A stretch of 4,339 bases of DNA from a virus (Duplodnaviria > Heunggongvirae > Uroviricota > Caudoviricetes), in IMG/VR virus record IMGVR_UViG_2751185970_000011. One strand, written 5' to 3'. Both the position numbers and the translations under genes were made by a program. This document shows, in pieces, positions 1-4,047 of the stretch; the first letter of the stretch is position 1, and each line of letters opens with the position of its first letter. The notes under the pieces were generated by a model. It was given only the letters and a program-made list of their open reading frames with translations, ran no database searches and had not been told where the DNA came from.

Positions 1-322
1 TTTTCCAGAGGCGGTCGAACTCCGCCTTCGCAAAATAAGCGGAAGCCTGGCGAAGGATATCGTTACTGCGGCGCAGTTCACGATTTTCACGTTCCAGCTC
101 TTTCAGACGCTGACGTTCAGCGGTGGTGAGCCCGCCATCACCGCCTCCGGTATCCCGCTCATGCTGGCGTACCCAGACACGCAGAGTCTCCGGTGTACAG
201 CCAATCTTTGGGGCAATGGAACAAATTGCCGCCCACTGTGAGTCATATTCGCCCTGACTTTCCAGAACCATACGAATCGCCCTCTGACGGACTTCGGGGG
301 AAAAACGAGTATTTTTAGTCAT
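1..322 (-). CDS. IS3-family transposase OrfA (HTH / leucine-zipper N-terminal protein), 3' end truncated by window edge
   Basis: ATG at 322-320 (minus) preceded by AAAGAGG SD. Translation: [107 protein letters not shown]..., open to the window edge (107 codons). This ORF is not in the supplied track because it runs off the window. Confidence 0.85.
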   Translation of the reverse strand, partial: MTKNTRFSPEVRQRAIRMVLESQGEYDSQWAAICSIAPKIGCTPETLRVWVRQHERDTGGGDGGLTTAERQRLKELERENRELRRSNDILRQASAYFAKAEFDRLWK

Positions 323-376
323 CCTGTTTACCTCTTTCTCAGGGAGTTTAGTCTCCAGGATTCCCGGGGCGGTTCA
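1..376 (-). mobile_element. IS3-family insertion sequence (IS629/IS1203-like), partial: left terminal inverted repeat plus 5' part; rest lies beyond window start
   Basis: Minus-strand read from 376 gives TGAACCGCCCCGGGAATCCTGGAGACTAAACTCCCTGAGAAAGAGGTAAACAGG ATG, a TG-initiated terminal repeat then an SD (GAGG) and orfA. The OrfA translation matches what I recall of IS629-group OrfA. Boundary at 376/377 is inferred from the TG end. Target-site duplication cannot be checked because the other end is outside the window. Confidence 0.8.
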
Positions 377-377
377 C

Positions 378-797
378 TGGCGAATAGCGGAATGGCCGGG
401 TGAGGGTGGTGAAGGCCATCTGAGTTCTTTCTTTGTCCAGACAGATAAAGCCAGTATTAATGTTGCATACCATCATACAGTTAATCAACAAAAAGAACTT
501 GGCACGTTTGGCGCATTCGACCATGACTGGCATACGCTTGCATTTAAATTTAAGGGCAGTAACAGCATTAATGTTACTCCGGTGCTTGATGGTGTGGATG
601 GACAGGCGTTTGACCTGGTGAAATGGGCCAATACTGCTAATGGACTCAACAGGTTTGTCATTACGGATATTACAGGTAGTGCAGAAACCTACCCTGTACT
701 TATTGATACGGTGGAAGTTAAAGCAAACAAAGCTGGAGCAGCCGCATAATTGCTAAAAAAAGCCGCCAGCGGCAGGAATGGAAGCTGGCGGAGGTAA
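378..797 (+). pseudogene. 3' remnant of a prophage gene interrupted by the IS insertion (start-less open frame, about 139 codons); identity unverified, position is consistent with the large nanS-p/YjhS-like gene that precedes the lysis genes in many lambdoid prophages
   Basis: Frame 3 is open from the IS junction to TAA at 795-797 with no ATG and no GTG/TTG before 582. Translation: ...ASINVAYHHTVNQQKELGTFGAFDHDWHTLAFKFKGSNSINVTPVLDGVDGQAFDLVKWANTANGLNRFVITDITGSAETYPVLIDTVEVKSKQSWSSRIIAKKAASGRNGSWRR*. It has globular-domain-like composition. The supplied track does not list it. Confidence 0.5.
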
Positions 798-888
798 TCC
801 CAATGGAGAATGTAAAGAAAAGATGCTTTCGTACATTGGTTTTTTAAATGAAAACAATTCTCATTGTCAACCATAACGGTAAGAAATT

Positions 889-1071
889 ATGACATTTATT
901 CATCAGGTGATGCTGTACTTCTGTACGGCGGTCTGTGTGCTGTATCTTCTTTCGGGTGGGTACAGGGCTGTGCGCGATTTCTGGTGCAGGCAGATTGATA
1001 AAAGGGCCGCTGAGAAAATCAGCGCCAGTCAGTCAGCCGGAAGCAAACCCGAAGAACCCGTTACTCCTTAA
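889..1071 (+). CDS. hypothetical small membrane protein (60 aa; N-terminal hydrophobic helix, charged C-terminal tail)
   Basis: ATG at 889 with a weak purine-rich SD (TAAGAAA). MTFIHQVMLYFCTAVCVLYLLSGGYRAVRDFWCRQIDKRAAEKISASQSAGSKPEEPVTP. Stop is 25 nt before the next gene. Same strand as the lysis operon. Confidence 0.4.
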   Translation: MTFIHQVMLYFCTAVCVLYLLSGGYRAVRDFWCRQIDKRAAEKISASQSAGSKPEEPVTP

Positions 1072-1096
1072 CAACCCCTTTCAGCGAGAAAATCCC

Positions 1097-1342
1097 ATGT
1101 CAGAAATCACATCCCTGGTCACTGCAGAGGCAGTGAAGGAAGTCCTGCGCTCTGAAGAAGTCCGGAGCGCACTGAAACAGAAACTTCGCCAGAATCTTGA
1201 GTCGCGTCTTGATGCAGAAGTGGATGCCATTCTGGATGAGCTGCTGGGCGTAGCAGCGGTTCCTGAGCCGGAAGGTATCGCGGGTGACGGGAGTGCTTCA
1301 GATGGCGGTGAACCTACACCTGACAGCGACATGATGATGTAA
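1097..1342 (+). CDS. hypothetical small acidic protein (81 aa)
   Basis: ATG at 1097 preceded by [86 protein letters not shown]: predicted helical N-half and a strongly acidic, probably disordered C-terminal tail. The longer track ORF 935..1342 shares this frame, but its N-terminal extension overlaps the 889..1071 ORF and looks non-protein-like. Confidence 0.55.
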   Translation: MSEITSLVTAEAVKEVLRSEEVRSALKQKLRQNLESRLDAEVDAILDELLGVAAVPEPEGIAGDGSASDGGEPTPDSDMMM

Positions 1343-1394
1343 GCATGCGCAAGGGACCATCGGTGTGTGCCGGTGGTCTTTATATTGTTGTGAG

Positions 1395-1411
1395 CTTCCG
1401 GATTGCGGGAG
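1395..1411 (+). promoter_or_regulatory. possible RNA hairpin sequestering the holin Shine-Dalgarno (sdi-like translational control element)
   Basis: CUUCCG (1395-1400), loop GAUUG, CGGGAG (1406-1411) can form a 6-bp stem including one G-U pair. The 3' arm contains the GGGAG SD that lies 7 nt upstream of the first holin start codon. Confidence 0.3.
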
Positions 1412-1418
1412 ACGGGGT

Positions 1419-1634
1419 ATGTACCAGATGGAAAAAATCACAACAGGTGTGTCATACACCACGTCAGCGGTGGGAACGGGCTACTGGTTCCTGCAGTTGC
1501 TGGACAGGTTTTCCCCGTCTCAGTGGGCGGCAATAGGCGTGCTGGGGAGTCTGTTGTTTGGGCTGCTGACATATCTGACTAACCTGTATTTCAAAATCAG
1601 AGAGGACCGTCGTAAGGCGGCGCGGGGAGAGTAA
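1419..1634 (+). CDS. S: class II holin, S21-type pinholin (71 aa; dual start Met1/Met4)
   Basis: GGGAG SD 7 nt upstream of ATG 1419; second in-frame ATG at 1428 (MYQM). [71 protein letters not shown]. Two transmembrane segments, the first Gly/Ala/Ser-rich (SAR-like), and a basic C-terminal tail. Near-identical in architecture and C-terminal half to phage 21 S as I recall it. Confidence 0.85.
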   Translation: MYQMEKITTGVSYTTSAVGTGYWFLQLLDRFSPSQWAAIGVLGSLLFGLLTYLTNLYFKIREDRRKAARGE

Positions 1635-1638
1635 AGCG

Positions 1639-1983
1639 ATGAAGAAAAAATACGAACTGGTTGTTAAAGGGATAAATAATTACCCGAATAAGATTACTGT
1701 TACTGTGGCACTGGAAATTGGTGGGTATCCGTCACTGTTGTTGCCAGATGTGGCGATTAGTCTTGACCGTACTGAAGATGCCACGCTGGAGTTTTACGAA
1801 GCTGAGGCGAAAAAGCAGGCGAAGCAGTTTTTCATGGATGTTGCTGCCGGGTTATGTGAAGGGGATGGTCCGTTGCCGGAAAAGCGCCCCGTAATTTTAG
1901 AGGCGCAGGATGTGTTGATAACCTACAGAGGAAAACTACCGGGAATAATTACTGGTTCTCTGAAGACTCCACCGCTGGCCTGA
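1639..1983 (+). CDS. DUF1327/YdfR-like prophage protein (114 aa), function unknown
   Basis: ATG at 1639, only 4 nt after the holin stop, with a GGGGAGAG SD. MKKKYELVVKGINNYPNKITVTVALEIGGYPSLLLPDVAISLDRTEDATLEFYEAEAKKQAKQFFMDVAAGLCEGDGPLPEKRPVILEAQDVLITYRGKLPGIITGSLKTPPLA. Soluble-looking. The position between holin and endolysin mirrors the essQ-ydfR-rrrQ order I recall from the E. coli K-12 Qin prophage; the family assignment is from memory. Confidence 0.65.
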   Translation: MKKKYELVVKGINNYPNKITVTVALEIGGYPSLLLPDVAISLDRTEDATLEFYEAEAKKQAKQFFMDVAAGLCEGDGPLPEKRPVILEAQDVLITYRGKLPGIITGSLKTPPLA

Positions 1984-2033
1984 AGACTTAACATATCCAG
2001 GGATTTGAAATCGATAAACCCTGATAAATATCC

Positions 2034-2567
2034 ATGAACACCAAAATCAAATACGGCCTGTCGGCTGCCGTTCTGGCGCTGATTGCCGCAGGTGCGCCTG
2101 CGCCTGAAATCCTCGACCAGTTTCTGGATGAAAAGGAAGGTAACCACACCACGGCATACCGTGATGGCGCGGGTATCTGGACCATCTGCCGCGGTGCCAT
2201 CCTGGTGGATAGTAAACCTGTCGTCCCGGGCATGAAGTTGTCGAAGGAAAAATGCGACCAGGTCAACGCCATTGAGCGTGATAAGGCGCTGGCATGGGTG
2301 GAGCGCAATATTAAAGTGCCGCTGACCGAACCCCAGAAAGCGGGTATCGCGTCATTTTGTCCCTATAACATTGGCCCCGGTAAGTGTTTCCCGTCGACGT
2401 TTTACAGACGGATTAATGCTGGTGACCGCAGGGGAGCATGCGAAGCGATTCGCTGGTGGATTAAGGACGGTGGCAGAGACTGCCGTATCCGCTCAAATAA
2501 TTGCTACGGTCAGGTATCCCGGCGAGACCAGGAAAGTGCGCTGGCGTGCTGGGACATCGACAGATAA
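2034..2567 (+). CDS. R: SAR endolysin (phage lysozyme, T4-lysozyme/GH24-like muramidase), 177 aa
   Basis: MNTKIKYGLSAAVLALIAAGAPAPEILDQFLDEKEGNHTTAYRDGAGIWTICRG... The N-terminal weakly hydrophobic Gly/Ala-rich segment is typical of a signal-anchor-release domain. Catalytic motif E-x8-D-x5-T is present (EGNHTTAYRDGAGIWT). Partner of a pinholin. No obvious SD within 15 nt of the ATG. Confidence 0.9.
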   Translation: MNTKIKYGLSAAVLALIAAGAPAPEILDQFLDEKEGNHTTAYRDGAGIWTICRGAILVDSKPVVPGMKLSKEKCDQVNAIERDKALAWVERNIKVPLTEPQKAGIASFCPYNIGPGKCFPSTFYRRINAGDRRGACEAIRWWIKDGGRDCRIRSNNCYGQVSRRDQESALACWDIDR

Positions 2568-2656
2568 GCAGAATATTTTGCTGAAAATAAGGCATGAGCA
2601 CGCGGACGGATAACACGAAATCCTGCGAACTGGCGAAACGTAAGTGAATAAAAGTA

Positions 2657-2695
2657 AAAACCCCGTTTGTTGGCACCAGGCGGGGTTTTGTGTTT
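2657..2695 (+). terminator. putative rho-independent terminator downstream of the endolysin gene
   Basis: AAAACCCCG (2657-2665), a 15-nt loop, CGGGGTTTT (2681-2689), then a GTGTTT T-rich tail. The GC stem is short and the loop is long, so predicted strength is moderate. Confidence 0.5.
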
Positions 2696-2722
2696 CTGAC
2701 CTTGAGTAAGGCAAGGGAGAAC

Positions 2723-2905
2723 ATGGCGAAGTATAAACGAATTCTGTTGAGGTTGACCATGAAAAACGGCCTTGAACTGAAAGCGCCTGTAACTGATGAC
2801 ATCAGCAGAGCACTGGCTTTTGCCATTAAGTGGGTGGCGGTCGGTGTTGCTGTGTCCCCGATGCTGTATGGGCTGGCAAAACTGGTCATTGCGTTGAAAT
2901 CGTGA
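2723..2905 (+). CDS. hypothetical small membrane protein (60 aa; basic N-terminus, C-terminal transmembrane helix)
   Basis: Purine-rich SD (AAGGCAAGGGAGA) just upstream of ATG 2723. MAKYKRILLRLTMKNGLELKAPVTDDISRALAFAIKWVAVGVAVSPMLYGLAKLVIALKS. Alternative internal start at Met13 (ATG 2759) also has a GAGG SD. Stop is 14 nt before the next gene. Confidence 0.5.
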   Translation: MAKYKRILLRLTMKNGLELKAPVTDDISRALAFAIKWVAVGVAVSPMLYGLAKLVIALKS

Positions 2906-2919
2906 AGGGAGGATTAAGC

Positions 2920-3051
2920 ATGTCAGACAAACTCATAACGCTGGCGAAGATCCTCTGTGTAATTGTCGGCATTTCATTTTCACTAATGCTGGTTGCTCTT
3001 TTTCTTTCCATGGCCTGGATGATGTTGTCTTCGTCGGGGCTGCTGGGGTGA
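2920..3051 (+). CDS. hypothetical small hydrophobic membrane protein (43 aa, single transmembrane helix)
   Basis: Strong SD AAGGGAGG (2905-2912) 7 nt upstream of ATG 2920. MSDKLITLAKILCVIVGISFSLMLVALFLSMAWMMLSSSGLLG. The TGA stop (3049-3051) overlaps the GTG start of Rz (GTGA), which suggests translational coupling. Confidence 0.5.
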   Translation: MSDKLITLAKILCVIVGISFSLMLVALFLSMAWMMLSSSGLLG

Positions 3052-3446
3052 ACATAAACCGAATGCTTTCCGCGTTTACCGTTATTCTGCTGGTGGTCTG
3101 TGGTGCGCTGTGGCTGGCAACAGACCATTACCGTGATAACGCCATCACCTACAAAGCGCAGCGCGATAAAAAAGCCAGAGAGCTGGAGCTGGCAAACGCA
3201 ACCATTACTGACATGCAGCAGCGCCAGCGTGATGTTGCCGCTGGTCGTAAGCGCCTGCGGATCAACGCCACCTGCTCCGGTACCGTGCGTGAAGCCACCG
3301 GCACCTCCGGAATGGATAATGCAACCGGCCCCCGACTGGCAGACACCGCTGAACGGGATTATTTCACCCTCAGAGAGCGGTTGATGACAATGCAGAAGCA
3401 ACTGGAAGGGGCGCAGGAATATATCCGCACTCAGTGTATTAACTAG
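3048..3446 (+). CDS. Rz: Rz i-spanin (inner-membrane spanin subunit), 132 aa from GTG 3048; alternative ATG start at 3063
   Basis: MNINRMLSAFTVILLVVCGALWLATDHYRDNAITYKAQRDKKARELELANATITDMQQRQRDVAAGRKRLRINATCSGTV...RDYFTLRERLMTMQKQLEGAQEYIRTQCIN. N-terminal transmembrane helix, coiled-coil periplasmic domain, conserved Cys residues. Strong similarity to lambda Rz as I recall it (HYRDNAITYKAQRDK..., PRLADTAERDYFTLRERL...). Confidence 0.85.
   Translation: MNINRMLSAFTVILLVVCGALWLATDHYRDNAITYKAQRDKKARELELANATITDMQQRQRDVAAGRKRLRINATCSGTVREATGTSGMDNATGPRLADTAERDYFTLRERLMTMQKQLEGAQEYIRTQCIN
3232..3384 (+). CDS. Rz1: Rz1 o-spanin (outer-membrane lipoprotein) embedded in the +1 frame of Rz; start codon uncertain (ATG 3232, or upstream GTG 3133/3100)
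   Basis: +1-frame ORF inside Rz: ...MLPLVVSACGSTPPAPVPCVKPPAPPEWIMQPAPDWQTPLNGIISPSESG*. Lipobox-like VVSAC, proline-rich mature region and conserved C-terminal motif (WIMQP.PDWQTPLNGIISPSE) match lambda Rz1 as I recall it. From ATG 3232 the signal peptide would be only 8 residues. Confidence 0.55.
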   Translation: MLPLVVSACGSTPPAPVPCVKPPAPPEWIMQPAPDWQTPLNGIISPSESG

Positions 3447-3469
3447 TATTTTTGTTATCCGGAGAATGC

Positions 3470-3694
3470 ATGAAGAAATTACTGGTAACCGTAAAGCCTT
3501 TTCAGGGAACAATTCCGTTCCGTATTTTGCAGCGTGGTCGTGTTCTTGTTGAAGGTTCGTTCAGTGGTAAATGTACGCAATTACACTCCCGGACCTTTCA
3601 GGTGAATGCCACGAATGAAGAGCTAACCGTTGAGTGTACGATGAATGCCGCTAAATGCCGCATGGTATCCGCTGCATTACAGCCAGTGTGTTGA
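3470..3694 (+). CDS. hypothetical protein (74 aa, basic, 4 Cys)
   Basis: GGAGA SD 4 nt upstream of ATG 3470. MKKLLVTVKPFQGTIPFRILQRGRVLVEGSFSGKCTQLHSRTFQVNATNEELTVECTMNAAKCRMVSAALQPVC. No signal peptide or transmembrane segment. Same strand as the lysis genes. Identity unknown. Confidence 0.4.
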   Translation: MKKLLVTVKPFQGTIPFRILQRGRVLVEGSFSGKCTQLHSRTFQVNATNEELTVECTMNAAKCRMVSAALQPVC

Positions 3695-4047
3695 GCGACC
3701 TTATTAACCATGCGCGGTATTGTCGCCGTATCCCCGCATTAACAGAGACCGCAGCCCGACCGGGAGACTCCTCTGCGCGAGTGTGCGGGGATAATCAAAA
3801 ACGATACACACCGGGGTTTACCGCGTTAACGGAGCGCGGCGTTGTCCCCTCATGGTCGCTGGTCCGGTGCGATGGTGGAAGAAACCGGACGATGTGTTAC
3901 CTCGCAAGCTCTGTTATGTCATGTGTCTGATTTGTGATTTAAGTCGGATAATTGTCGTTGCCATTAAGCAGAGGATTGATGACTGAGGTAGCCTGAGTTT
4001 AACGGACACTCCTTCCTGAAATAGAATGGCATCAGAAGGAGCTAATA

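Noticed and set aside
348-874. Track ORFs 433..621 (+), 348..533 (-) and 689..874 (-)
   Set aside because: They lie inside or across the start-less frame-3 gene remnant and the IS terminal repeat; TTG or weak starts, no RBS, implausible composition. The frame-3 remnant explains this region better.
1081-1332. 83-aa minus-strand ORF
   Set aside because: Antisense to the acidic-protein ORF; Ser/Thr/Arg-rich low-complexity translation, no SD.
935-1342. Long 135-aa version of the acidic-protein ORF starting at ATG 935
   Set aside because: The N-terminal extension (MCCIFFRVGTGLCAISGAGR...) overlaps the 889..1071 ORF in another frame and looks non-protein-like; the ATG at 1097 with an upstream purine-rich SD gives a compact 81-aa product.
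1345-1536. 63-aa ORF overlapping the holin in another frame
   Set aside because: Overlaps the well-supported pinholin gene; Cys/Arg/Trp-rich translation; no independent support.
1923-2308. Minus-strand ORFs 1988..2308 and 1923..2147
   Set aside because: Antisense to the endolysin and DUF1327 genes, which have clear protein-family features; shadow ORFs.
2371-2613. 80-aa ORF (+) overlapping the endolysin 3' end
   Set aside because: Out-of-frame overlap with the endolysin; Arg-rich shadow ORF.
2461-2889. 142-aa ORF on the minus strand (and nested 2493..2714)
   Set aside because: Antisense to the 3' end of the endolysin gene and the 60-aa ORF, and runs through the terminator hairpin; no supporting signals.
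2886-3512. 208-aa ORF on the minus strand
   Set aside because: Entirely antisense to the confidently identified Rz/Rz1 genes and the 43-aa ORF. Gly/Cys-rich low-complexity translation, typical of a shadow ORF opposite a real gene.
3470-3694. Possibility that the 74-aa ORF is the Bor lipoprotein
   Set aside because: Only the MKK-LL N-terminus resembles Bor; there is no hydrophobic signal peptide or lipobox Cys, and the orientation differs from lambda bor.
3731-3840. GC-rich dyads (TCCCCGCA...TGCGGGGA; CCGCG-GTTAAC-...-CGCGG) as terminators or a cos site
   Set aside because: No downstream T-run, so they are not convincing intrinsic terminators, and there is no resemblance to the lambda cos sequence as I recall it. 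Kept only as a note within the IS-flank finding.
3655-3930. 91-aa ORF in the region between the 74-aa ORF and the IS
   Set aside because: Arg/Cys-rich, non-protein-like composition, overlaps the preceding ORF by 40 nt, no SD. The region is more likely non-coding and GC-rich.
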